64,000 nt of DNA, from contig CALSSJ010000031.1 in NCBI GenBank assembly GCA_943788985.1, forward strand, positions 64,001-128,000, given 5' to 3'. A program made the translations under genes and the position numbers. The DNA is from an uncultured Lentisphaerales bacterium. Lineage in GTDB: Bacteria > Verrucomicrobiota > Lentisphaeria > JABSQK01 > UBA12247. A model generated the notes under the pieces. That model was given only the letters and a program-made list of their open reading frames with translations, searched no databases and had not been told where the DNA came from. Below, piece after piece: positions 29,693 through 39,402 of the stretch; position 1 is the stretch's first letter, and the number at the start of each line of letters is the position of its first letter.

Positions 29693-29764
29693 GCCTCATC
29701 GTCGTAGACAGACAGCGCTGGGAAAAATCTTCCACGACAGAGAGCTCACCGAGGGCACAGAGCC
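29693..29764 (+). repeat. Third, internally deleted junction copy plus a lone hairpin arm
   Basis: GCCTCATCGTCGTAGAC (29693-29709) followed by AGCGCTGGGAAAAATCTTCCACGACAGAGAGCTCACCGAGGGCACAGAGCC. Confidence 0.7.
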
Positions 29765-29923
29765 TCACACAGGAAACCGTAACGCTTCTCGTTCGTCTCA
29801 ATCCTGCCCCTTGGGCCGCCCCCTTGAGCCCATGGAGATTCCCGGCGTGCAGCTTGCACGCGCCTGCACCGGTGGCAGAATATCGGGCACCCAACCCAAG
29901 GCATCTGACAGCAGGCAGGAAGC

Positions 29924-30481
29924 ATGGCAAACGTATTGGTATTGTATCACTCTGTCACAGACTGCACAGCGCAGATGGCGCGGTACGTCGCGGATGGGGC
30001 CGCTAGCATCAAGGGCATGGACGTGAGACTTGTCGAGTTGGGCGCCGCCACTGCAGAGGACGTCGTTTGGTGCGATGGCATCGCAGTTGGCTGTCCCACC
30101 CAGATTGGCACAGCGTCTTGGCAAATGAAGAGGTTCTTCGATGAAACGCTGGTAGACCAGTGGGCCAAGATTGATGGCAAGTTTGGCTGTGCCTTCAGTT
30201 CCTCCGGCGGTTGGGGTGGGGGCGCAGAGTTAACCTGCCAAACCATCACCAATATGCTCATCAACTACGGATTTTTGGTGTTCGGCGTAGTCGAGTACGT
30301 CACGCAAACCCACACCCTGCACTACGGCGCTGTGACGGCGAAAGCACCGCGTGACGAGGCCTCTCAGCAGGCCTGTTTTAAACTGGGCGTACGCCTGGGC
30401 GAGTGGCTCGGCGTCTATGTCGACCGTGATGCAGATCTGCATCCCTTGGCAACCCGAGTAAGCGCACTGCCAAGCAGTTGA
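29924..30481 (+). CDS. WrbA-like flavodoxin-fold NAD(P)H oxidoreductase
   Basis: VLVLYHSVTDCTAQMA, DGIAVGCPTQIG, FSSSGGWGGG. Confidence 0.85.
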   Translation: MANVLVLYHSVTDCTAQMARYVADGAASIKGMDVRLVELGAATAEDVVWCDGIAVGCPTQIGTASWQMKRFFDETLVDQWAKIDGKFGCAFSSSGGWGGGAELTCQTITNMLINYGFLVFGVVEYVTQTHTLHYGAVTAKAPRDEASQQACFKLGVRLGEWLGVYVDRDADLHPLATRVSALPSS

Positions 30482-30641
30482 TCCGTCACTGCGGATGCCG
30501 GAAGATCTTTCCCGCCCGCCGTCACAAGCAACGGGACCGTGTCAGGCCTGCGCAATACGGAAGAGGACGGGAACGAGGAAACTCGGCCTTTTTTGGGGTA
30601 AAGGTGGGGAGGCATGGAGATTAGGGCCCCCGAGCCGACCT

Positions 30642-32078
30642 TCATTTCTTCTTCTTCTTGGCAACAGCTTCTCTCGTCACTTCGGGGCGCGGGAATGCCT
30701 TCAGGTAGCTATCGAGCTTTGCCTTCATCCTGGTGCGTAACGCCGCGTATTCCGGATTTCTCGCGAGATTGGTGACTTCAGCTGGATCCCTCTCCAGATC
30801 GTAGAGGCATTCGTAGGGGCCATCTGGCTCGTCATAATAGATGGCAAACTTGTAGCGCGCACCGCGCACCCCGTACCAGTTGTTGTAGCGGGAAAACTTG
30901 TGCTCGCAGTAGACCTCTTCGCGCCAGCCAGGGGAGTCTTCTCCCTTGAGCAACTTCACCAGCGACTCACCTTGATACACCGCAGGTTGAGCCAGCCCCG
31001 CCCACTCAACAATCGTCGGTGCGATATCGAGATGCGAGCCAAGTTCAGCAATCACCTGGCCGCGCCGCTCTTGGGGAAGCGTGGGGTCATAGACGATCAA
31101 TGGCACCTGCAACGACTGCTCGTAGTGGTTCCACTTGCCAGCCAGCCCACGATCGCCCATCATGAACCCGTTATCGCCGGTGTAGACAATCACCGTATTG
31201 TCAGCCAGCCCTGCGGCTTCCAACTCCGCCAGAATGCGGGCCACCGCATTGTCAATCCCCGTGATCATTCGGAAATAGGCCCGCATGTTTACCTGGTACT
31301 TCTCGGGCGTATCCCAGCGCCAAAAATAGCGCGCCCGCGACAACTCTTTCGGATTCTTCAAAAAGCCGGGCAGCGCTCTGAAGTAGCTTTCATCATCCAG
31401 CTTAGCCAGCGGGATGAAGAGGTCATCGTAGAGCCCGTCGGCTGACTCCGGCCATTGGAAGTGGAAGCCGGGCCGCTGATCTCGGTCCTCCGCATGTGAG
31501 GCATTAAAGCTCAGCGACAGGCAGAATGGCGTATCTGCTGGAGTGGTCTTGATGAATTCGATCGCCGCATCCGCACACAGATCAGTCTCGTGGCGCAGCG
31601 AGCCATCCGGCATCTTCTTAAGATAGGGGCTTCGGTTGTACGGCTTGAAGAAGTCAAACTGCGCCTTCTTATCGTCCTTCGCATAGCGGAACCCATACTT
31701 GCCGGTGAACCCCGTCCGGTAGCCATTGGCTTTAAGATAGGCAGGATAGCTCGTGGCAATATACCGCGCTGCCACTGCTGGCTCGCCAAAATTGTAGCCA
31801 TGCGAGCGCTGGGAGAGCCCGGTCATGATTGTGGCCCGGCTGGTCGCGCAGATCGGTGTCTGGCAGAAGAAGTTTGCAAAACGGGCTCCGTTCGCCGCCA
31901 GCCGATCGAGTGTAGGCGTTTGGATTAGTTCGTTGCCATAGCAACCCAGCACATCGCTCCGCTGGTCATCGGCAAGCAGAAAAATGATATTCTTCGGGAT
32001 CACAGCTGATGGCACCTGCGCGAATAGCAGCGGGACCGCGACCAGCGTCGCACAGAGGTAAATTGACAAACGATTCAT
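30642..32078 (-). CDS. Formylglycine-dependent sulfatase
   Basis: NIIFLLADDQR, ICATSRATIMTG, GYRTGFTGK, GDNGFMMGDRGLAGKW, LYDLERDPAE. Confidence 0.92.
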   Translation of the reverse strand: MNRLSIYLCATLVAVPLLFAQVPSAVIPKNIIFLLADDQRSDVLGCYGNELIQTPTLDRLAANGARFANFFCQTPICATSRATIMTGLSQRSHGYNFGEPAVAARYIATSYPAYLKANGYRTGFTGKYGFRYAKDDKKAQFDFFKPYNRSPYLKKMPDGSLRHETDLCADAAIEFIKTTPADTPFCLSLSFNASHAEDRDQRPGFHFQWPESADGLYDDLFIPLAKLDDESYFRALPGFLKNPKELSRARYFWRWDTPEKYQVNMRAYFRMITGIDNAVARILAELEAAGLADNTVIVYTGDNGFMMGDRGLAGKWNHYEQSLQVPLIVYDPTLPQERRGQVIAELGSHLDIAPTIVEWAGLAQPAVYQGESLVKLLKGEDSPGWREEVYCEHKFSRYNNWYGVRGARYKFAIYYDEPDGPYECLYDLERDPAEVTNLARNPEYAALRTRMKAKLDSYLKAFPRPEVTREAVAKKKKK

Positions 32079-32507
32079 AAATTGGTCCGGATCGTTGGCT
32101 GTGAGCAGAGAGAGGAGAGCGGTCGGTAGCAGGCCAGCTCGCGTGCACAGAGCATAAAAGATTCCTCCTCGAACACAACGTGTGCTTACCGCGATGTTTG
32201 CGTGGCACCGATCCTTGAGGGAATTTGCCCCACTTGCGTCGCCTACAAGTGGACCGCTGAAGCCCCTTTCCTTCTTAGCAGCTAGTGTGGTGTGTCATAA
32301 GTTCGACATTGTCACCGACGCGGAATGCCAGGCTGACAAGGCCCACGCCCACCAATCATCTCACGAGCTCCAGCGGCATGCTGCACAGAGGATTGATTGG
32401 CTATTGAAAGTTTAATTTCCAATGTTCTTGGGTTGAGCCCAGCCTCTAAGCGATCCGCTCTACAGCGCGCCCCTGACCGTAATGATAGTCGACTCCAGAC
32501 GTCGCGG

Positions 32508-35500
32508 CTAATCGCCTTGCGTACGCTCAATGGCAATCACGATGATTGCTGCGAGATCAAGCTTCCCGGTGCCCAGCACCGGAATCTCAGTGATCTCATA
32601 AAAATCGGCAACTTTGGGGATCGAGTAATTGGGGAACTCGCGCTCCCGCAACGCAGACACAATCTCAGTCGGGCTTTGCTCGAGTGACAGATGGAGCACG
32701 ATCAGCCGTTCGCCACGTGCGGAGTCTGGCACGCCCGTCACCACGACAACCTGCCGGTCATCAATCCGCAGAACGTCGTGCATCTCGTCCTCTAGTGCCC
32801 CATGTGGAATCATCTCACCACCAACCTTACTGAAGCGGGACAAACGCCCGGTAATGAAGATGTAGCCAGCCTGATCGATCCGCGCAAGATCGCCGGTCTC
32901 GTACCAGCCGTCCTTAAGCACGCTGGCGGTACGCTCGGGCGCATTCAAGTAGCCCTTCATCACATTCGGTCCCTTTACCAGAAGCAGACCTTCCTCGTCC
33001 GCGCCTAAGATCCGCCCATCTTCTGTAGAAACTGTGCGGACGGACACGCCATGCAGGGGCTGGCCGACGGAGTCCGGCTTCCCACACGCCTGCCCCAGCT
33101 GGGAAACATCCGCAGGCATATTCACCGACACCACCGGGGACAGCTCCGTGGCCCCGTAGCCCTCGATTGGAACCACGCCGAACTTCTCGGCAAAGGCGGC
33201 GGCTACAGCGGGACGCAAGCGCTCTGCTCCGGTGATGACCAGGCGAAGCGAGGCAAACTGCTCCGGCGTACATTTGCGAATATACAGCTGGAGAATGGTA
33301 GGCGTGGCGAAAAGAATGGTGCACTTGGCCTGCTGGACAATTTCACCAATCCTCTGCGCATCCCGCGGGTTCGGGTGATACATCACGCGCACGCCGAGCG
33401 TTAAAGGAAGCCAGAGTGTCGCGAGGAAGCCAAACGAGTGAAACATCGGCAACGCGCCTAGCAAAATGTCTTCACGCTCCAAGTGCACGACTTGGGAGAC
33501 GGTGAAGGCGTTGGTGTTAAGATTGTGGTGCGTAAGCTCGATCCCCTTTGGGGTTCCAGTGGAACCACTAGAAAACAGCACAGTGGCGGTCGCCGCCACA
33601 TCGCGCTTTTCTCGCTCGGGCAGCCGGCTCACCCTTGGCATCATTAACCCACGCAGGGCATACAGCCGGTCGGAGCGATCGATCGCCCCAGCAAGCTCGT
33701 CCAAGTACAGGTACATCTCACGCTCGGGCAGCTTCGCCTGTTCGACAAACTTGCGACTAGTTACAATGCGCTGAATCCCGCACTGCGCGATGGCATACTG
33801 CTGTGCCTCAGCGGTCGAGGTGAAGTTGAGAAAAACCGGGATTTTATTGGCTAGATAGCAGGCAAGAGCGCTGATCACGGCTCCGGAGCATGGTGGGAGG
33901 ACAATGCCGACATGTGGGCCAGGAAGCTCCGATAGCTTGCGCGAGAGCGCAAGCGCGCGCGTCATCACCTGAGCATTGGATCGCCACTCTCCGCCGGAGT
34001 CGGCAAACAGAGGCTCACCGCGACGGCGCGATCCAACTCGCAGGTAGTGATCTGGCAAGCGATGCTCTCCGTAGCCGCGTTCCGACATGGCGTCCGAAGA
34101 CAGCAGTGAAACGGCCTGACGGGCGTCGAATGGGGTGGCATTACTGGGCAACTTCTCGCCGAATGAAACGGTGACTGGCCGAGCCGCCCTGATTCGCCAG
34201 CTGCGACGACGACCGCGGCTAAAGACGCTTCCCCACATCAGCCCGAGATTGACTGGTATCACTGGAGTCTCGCAGCCCTTGGGCAACATCAGCTGATAGC
34301 CGCGCTTGAATTCGCCGATGGCACCATTCCCGGTCGCCTTCCCTTCCGGAAACATACAAACCACCTCGCCTTTTCGCAGCAGTGCCTGCACCTCCTTAAC
34401 ACCGCGGGCTAGCGCTTTGGGGCCTTCGCCCATCGGCATTTTTACGATGCCTGCCCATCTGCGAAACGGGCGCACAAGCGGGTGATCCGCGAAGCTCTCA
34501 TCGACCACAAAATGAACGTATCGACTGGTGGCAGCTCCCACCAAAAAACCATCCACATATGTCACATGATTGGCCAGCAGTAAGGCGCCACCTTCGTGTG
34601 GGACCTGGTCGCGCCCAAAGACGCGCATGCGATAAACAGTACGCGTCGCCAGTACCAAGATGAATCTGCAGAGAAAATCCGGCAGCAGGTAGAATGCAGT
34701 CGTAGTGGCGACCACCAGCACGGCCGCAGCCCACAAGTACAGGTCACGTATCGAGTATTGAAAGCAGCTTGTTCGCAGAGAATCCAGCCAATCCGGATTC
34801 GCGATTGGTTCCGCCGTGCCACCAGTCATAATGAACATCGCCAGCGAGACCAGAAACATCGCCAAAAAGGTTAGTGCATTCATCATGGCCAACGTTTTCC
34901 CGCGCACACGAACCGGGGTCCTATCCTGTAGATATACCATAAAGGGCAGAGAGAAAATTCCTGAGCCTAACCCGGTACAGGTGATTGAAATCGTGGCGTA
35001 CCAATGCGCCCAGTGCAATCCTTCATGGCCGGCTGGAATCGTCGGGCAAAGGTAAAGTAAAATCAAGAAAAACGTCAGCATGCTCGCGCCAATCGGCACC
35101 AGCCCAAACTCAGCCTTGTGGTCGGACAACTTCCCAGCAAGGAAACTGCCAAGGCCAATGCCCACAGCGCCTCCGACCTGGAGAATTGAAACCCAGGCTT
35201 TGCTAAACCCCAAGTCGTCCGGGACAAAGCTAACCAAGGATGTAAGTAGCAGCATCCCGACGCTCATGACCGTGGCATGCCCGACAATGCAGAGGAAAAT
35301 TTCGCGCGTCTGCCAGGTAAACCGCATGTTCCGCACATAGTCGGTAATAAAGTGTAGCCCAGGCCTTTGGCTGATGGTGGGCGAGTGGGTGTCTTCAGTC
35401 TTCCACGCCCCGTAGATCCCTATCACGGCCAATAAAATGAAGTAGAGGCCCAGAAAACCGACCCATTTCTCAGGTATTTCGTGATAAATGACCGCGCTGC

Positions 35501-36008
35501 CAGTCCCGAGAATGATCCCCAGGAAGCCGAACAACTCGAGAATTCCGTTCACGTTTGGCAGGTCGCGCTCATCGAACGTCTCAGGCAGGATTCCCAGAAA
35601 CGCCGGCGTAAAAAAGGTGCTTTGCAGTGCCATCAAGGAGACCCCCACAAGTAATGGGACCCAGCCCCACTCCGCAACCATGCAGAAGCAGACGGTGGCG
35701 TAGATCATCACCCCAAGTTCGCCAAACTTTCCTGCAATCAGCACTTTTCGCTTGTTAAACCGATCCCCCACCCAGCCTGAGACGGTGGGGAAAACCAGGT
35801 AAGGCAGCATGAACAGCATCGACCCAAGGGCAATGATCGCATTTCGCCGCCCAGGGTCCTCTTCATTGGCCACAGCCACAAAGGTGACAACCATCTTGAA
35901 CGCGTTGTCGTTAAAATTTCCCGCAGTCCGGGTCAGGGCAATCGGGAACAGACGCTTTCCCAGCGGCTGTTCATGCGCAGCGTGATCGCTGCTGCCTGCC
36001 TCAGCCAC
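32508..36008 (-). CDS. aas: MFS (LplT-like) + acyltransferase + acyl-ACP synthetase fusion (Aas-like)
   Basis: FNDNAFK MFS start; ANHVTYVD and FPEG; FSSGSTGTPKG, EGYGATELSP, WYETGD, RFSKVGGEM. Confidence 0.88.
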   Translation of the reverse strand: MAEAGSSDHAAHEQPLGKRLFPIALTRTAGNFNDNAFKMVVTFVAVANEEDPGRRNAIIALGSMLFMLPYLVFPTVSGWVGDRFNKRKVLIAGKFGELGVMIYATVCFCMVAEWGWVPLLVGVSLMALQSTFFTPAFLGILPETFDERDLPNVNGILELFGFLGIILGTGSAVIYHEIPEKWVGFLGLYFILLAVIGIYGAWKTEDTHSPTISQRPGLHFITDYVRNMRFTWQTREIFLCIVGHATVMSVGMLLLTSLVSFVPDDLGFSKAWVSILQVGGAVGIGLGSFLAGKLSDHKAEFGLVPIGASMLTFFLILLYLCPTIPAGHEGLHWAHWYATISITCTGLGSGIFSLPFMVYLQDRTPVRVRGKTLAMMNALTFLAMFLVSLAMFIMTGGTAEPIANPDWLDSLRTSCFQYSIRDLYLWAAAVLVVATTTAFYLLPDFLCRFILVLATRTVYRMRVFGRDQVPHEGGALLLANHVTYVDGFLVGAATSRYVHFVVDESFADHPLVRPFRRWAGIVKMPMGEGPKALARGVKEVQALLRKGEVVCMFPEGKATGNGAIGEFKRGYQLMLPKGCETPVIPVNLGLMWGSVFSRGRRRSWRIRAARPVTVSFGEKLPSNATPFDARQAVSLLSSDAMSERGYGEHRLPDHYLRVGSRRRGEPLFADSGGEWRSNAQVMTRALALSRKLSELPGPHVGIVLPPCSGAVISALACYLANKIPVFLNFTSTAEAQQYAIAQCGIQRIVTSRKFVEQAKLPEREMYLYLDELAGAIDRSDRLYALRGLMMPRVSRLPEREKRDVAATATVLFSSGSTGTPKGIELTHHNLNTNAFTVSQVVHLEREDILLGALPMFHSFGFLATLWLPLTLGVRVMYHPNPRDAQRIGEIVQQAKCTILFATPTILQLYIRKCTPEQFASLRLVITGAERLRPAVAAAFAEKFGVVPIEGYGATELSPVVSVNMPADVSQLGQACGKPDSVGQPLHGVSVRTVSTEDGRILGADEEGLLLVKGPNVMKGYLNAPERTASVLKDGWYETGDLARIDQAGYIFITGRLSRFSKVGGEMIPHGALEDEMHDVLRIDDRQVVVVTGVPDSARGERLIVLHLSLEQSPTEIVSALREREFPNYSIPKVADFYEITEIPVLGTGKLDLAAIIVIAIERTQGD

Positions 36009-36011
36009 GCG

Positions 36012-37421
36012 CTAGGCCCAGTCCCGACTAACAAGCTGTTTCAGAAAGGCGTAAGTGCGCTCGAACGACGCGATGTGCAGCCGTTCATCCGGCGAATGTG
36101 CGTTCTCGATCTGCGGGCCTACCGAGAGAAGCTCTCCCGTCCCCACGCGCTTGCCGATAATTCCCGTCTCCAGTCCTGCGTGAATTCCCTTCACCACCGG
36201 CGACTTGCCGAAACATTCCCGATAGGCCGCGATCGCATGCGTCAGCAAGGCGCTGTCCGGATTTGGGTCCCAGCCCGGGTAATCGCCGTCGCTGTGAAAG
36301 CCACAACCGAATGCCCCGGCGATCGTGCGCACCCGTTCCACCATTCGCTCTCGCTCTGCTTCTGATGACGACCTGCCGTGCATCGTTAATACGATTGCCT
36401 CGCCCGAGAACGCAGCGACCCCTAGGCTGGCTGAGGTCCGAACCATCCCCTGGCAATGAGGATCCCAGTCCAGCACCCCCTGCGGCAAAGCATGAATTAG
36501 TTTGGCGATATTTGCTCCCACGCGACAGTGTGGGACGGAGACTTGGTGCCAGTACAACTCCACGTTCGGTTCATTGGCTAGGGATGCCTGAACCGTCTGG
36601 CGGGTACGTTCGAGATCCGACTCGCTGCAGCCCGACACCAGCGCATACGCCTCACGTGGGATGGCGTTCTTCTTATTGCCGCCGTGAAAAGAGTGCACGC
36701 CCACCTGCAACGCAGCTAACCAATCCGCCAATACGTGAATTGCGTTCGCGCGCTCCTCGTGAATGTTTACACCCGAGTGCCCACCGCGCAGCCCGCGTAC
36801 TCCCGCGTGCCAGCCGTCGTGATGTCCAGTCTGCAACTCTACAGGGACCTTTACCTGCAGATCCACCCCACCTGCACAACTGATGGTAAAAACCCCATCC
36901 TCTTCGCTGTCCAAGTTCAAGATTTGGCGGCCAGACACAATGCTCGGATCCAGCTTCTGCGCGCCAGTCAGGCCGACCTCTTCATCCACCGTGAACAGCA
37001 GTTCGATCGGGCAGCGATTAGCCAGCTTCTCCGTCACGAGAGCACAGCCCAAGGCGACCGCCACACCGTTGTCCGCCCCCAACGTTGTACCATCCGCCAC
37101 GACCCAGTCTCCCGCGACGCTGGCAACAATGCCATCACGCATGAAGTTGTGCTCGGAATCCACGTTCTTCTCACACACCATGTCTAAATGCCCTTGTAGC
37201 ACCAGCGTGGGCGCGCCAGCCGCAGCGCCCAGTCCCGGCACGCAGATCACAAGATTTCCGGCCACGTCCACCCGGTGAGGCCAGCCGTGCCCATCCGACC
37301 AGTCACGCAAGTACGTGCGGAGCCGCTCCTCGCAACCCGATGGTCGCGGGATCGAACAGATGTTCTGAAAGAACCGCCAAGGACGCTCGGCAGGGCCGGT
37401 AAAAAGTGAGCTTAGGGCCAT
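36012..37421 (-). CDS. pepD: Aminoacyl-histidine dipeptidase (M20C)
   Basis: IPRPSGCE, LQGHLDMV, TTLGADNG, TVDEEVGLTGA, NLDSEE, IHAGLE, HSPDE. Confidence 0.92.
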   Translation of the reverse strand: MALSSLFTGPAERPWRFFQNICSIPRPSGCEERLRTYLRDWSDGHGWPHRVDVAGNLVICVPGLGAAAGAPTLVLQGHLDMVCEKNVDSEHNFMRDGIVASVAGDWVVADGTTLGADNGVAVALGCALVTEKLANRCPIELLFTVDEEVGLTGAQKLDPSIVSGRQILNLDSEEDGVFTISCAGGVDLQVKVPVELQTGHHDGWHAGVRGLRGGHSGVNIHEERANAIHVLADWLAALQVGVHSFHGGNKKNAIPREAYALVSGCSESDLERTRQTVQASLANEPNVELYWHQVSVPHCRVGANIAKLIHALPQGVLDWDPHCQGMVRTSASLGVAAFSGEAIVLTMHGRSSSEAERERMVERVRTIAGAFGCGFHSDGDYPGWDPNPDSALLTHAIAAYRECFGKSPVVKGIHAGLETGIIGKRVGTGELLSVGPQIENAHSPDERLHIASFERTYAFLKQLVSRDWA

Positions 37422-37539
37422 AGGCTTCTTCTAGATGGGGTCCGCGACGGGCCAATGTAGGCGGGACCCGGCGTAACGTCTACCTATAGCGCGCGTTTGC
37501 GTGCGATTAACGTACGGTGGAAGAACCGGGCGGTGCCGC

Positions 37540-38502
37540 TCAGTGCCCGCCGCCGCCAGTCACACCGGTAATCGTCAACACAAGATCACTGATGATCATC
37601 AGTGATCCGGCAGCAAGCACCAGCGCGAAATACCGACGAATCTTGGCACCACCAAACTTTTCAGCCAGCCGCACGCCAACCTGCACGCCGACGAAAGACC
37701 CGGCAAACAGGAACGCCACAAGCAGCAGGTCCACATTGCCAACCTGCCAGTTCCCCGCCCCGACCGGCGTGGCCGTCAGCAGGTTGGCGGTAGCGCCAAA
37801 ACCCGCCGCGAACATCACGTACAGCGCACTGGTGCCCACCGCCGTATGGGTCGGTACACCAAGCACGTAAACCAGAAGTGGCAGCATGATGAAGCCGCCG
37901 CCAACGCCCATCAACCCGGTCAGAACAGCCACGGCAAACGCCAGGCACAGCGGCACCCAGATGCACAAGCTTCCGGACCCGTCCGAAAGCTCGATCGACG
38001 GGCCAGCTCCGATCGCTCGCAAGCGCTTTGACAGCCCTGTCTGCACCTCTGCGTCAGCATCCGTCTTGCCGCGAGACTCCCGCGCGATCGAAATCCCCAC
38101 GCCGGTCAACAGTACGAGAAACAGAGACTTCATGACCAAGTCAAGAAGGCTAAACTCGCCATGCGCGATCGTGAAGGTCTGCGCTCCGCTGTCCAGAAGG
38201 TCCAAGAGCCACTTTCCTAACTGGACGCCCGGCAGTGCCCCAGCGGCCATCAACAGCCCCAGCTTCACATCCACTCGCCCCGCGCGCTTGTACTTGCATG
38301 CGGACAGACCGCCAGTGATCGTGATCATCAGCAAGTCGCTCCCGATCGCCGTGATGAAAGGGATGCCAAAGAGAATGCGCAACGCAGGCGTCAGCAGAAA
38401 AGCCCCGCCCACGCCAAAAAGCCCGGACAAGGTCCCGATCGAAGCACCCAACACAATAATCAAGGGCCAAATCACCTCTGTACCGGCCACTGCTGCAGTC
38501 AT
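37540..38502 (-). CDS. TauE/SafE (TSUP) family exporter
   Basis: SGLFGVGGAFLLTP and TGLMGVGGGFIMLP repeats, AVGTS; start MTAAVAG behind AGGGGG. Confidence 0.88.
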   Translation of the reverse strand: MTAAVAGTEVIWPLIIVLGASIGTLSGLFGVGGAFLLTPALRILFGIPFITAIGSDLLMITITGGLSACKYKRAGRVDVKLGLLMAAGALPGVQLGKWLLDLLDSGAQTFTIAHGEFSLLDLVMKSLFLVLLTGVGISIARESRGKTDADAEVQTGLSKRLRAIGAGPSIELSDGSGSLCIWVPLCLAFAVAVLTGLMGVGGGFIMLPLLVYVLGVPTHTAVGTSALYVMFAAGFGATANLLTATPVGAGNWQVGNVDLLLVAFLFAGSFVGVQVGVRLAEKFGGAKIRRYFALVLAAGSLMIISDLVLTITGVTGGGGH

Positions 38503-38727
38503 TAAACCCCCTGAGCTCCGTGCGTCACACGGTAGGCATCGAGTCTGTGTCGGGAAAAATCGGGGCAGTACACTCGCGCAGAGCGTAAAATTAGCCAGCT
38601 CGTCCAAAACTGAGTGAAACCCTGCCCTCGGGCATTGACAGAGGGGACCAGTCTCGCTACCTTTAGGGATAGGTGATGGCGGCAGATCCCCCATCAGCCT
38701 GTTGGCAACGGATCGGGAGACGGCGAG

Positions 38728-39291
38728 ATGGACCAGACGTTTGTGGAAGTGAGAATCGAGAATATCTCCTTGAGCAAGCTCGGCTTTATCGTCTTTCTGC
38801 GCCGACAAGATGGCGAGTATGTCCTGCCGATCTGCATCGGGGCCGCGGAAGCGCAGTCCATCGCCGCAGCCTATAACAACCAGAGCTTCCCCAGACCGCT
38901 TTCCCACGACTTATTCAAGAGCGTGCTCGAGACCCTAGAATGCACCCTAGAAAAAGTGCAGGTCACCGAATTACGCGACGGCACATTTTACGCGCGAATC
39001 TTCCTGAATAATGGAGGCGGCACCCTCGACGTTGACTCGCGCCCGTCTGATGCCATCGCCCTTGCCCTCCGCTTCGGCGTGCCGATCTGGGTAAACTCCA
39101 GCATTATTGAGCAGGCGGGCATCAGCGTAAACGGCTCCATTGGCGAAGCTGCCACTGGCGGCGAGGTCGAGGCCGATACCCCAGTCCCAGACAGCCTCTC
39201 TGCCGCACTAGCAAAGGCCATTCGCGAAGAACGCTACGAAGACGCAGCCAGGATCCGCGACCGCATCTCCGAGGAAGAAGCTCGGCATTGA
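38728..39291 (+). CDS. Bifunctional nuclease (DUF151) with C-terminal UVR domain
   Basis: LPICIGAAEAQSIA, PRPLSHDL, DSRPSDAIALA, EERYEDAARIRD. Confidence 0.9.
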   Translation: MDQTFVEVRIENISLSKLGFIVFLRRQDGEYVLPICIGAAEAQSIAAAYNNQSFPRPLSHDLFKSVLETLECTLEKVQVTELRDGTFYARIFLNNGGGTLDVDSRPSDAIALALRFGVPIWVNSSIIEQAGISVNGSIGEAATGGEVEADTPVPDSLSAALAKAIREERYEDAARIRDRISEEEARH

Positions 39292-39402
39292 GCACGAGAT
39301 TTCTTTCCACTGCACGCTGCTGCCTACTCAGTGGGGGCCGAGCGAGTAACTCAATAGTTTAAGCCCCCAAAAGTCACCACCCATGGAAACTCCCTCCTTC
39401 AG

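Noticed and set aside
32203..32218. Sigma-54-like TGGCACCGATCCTTGA
   Set aside because: Poor -12 element and wrong strand for the adjacent sulfatase
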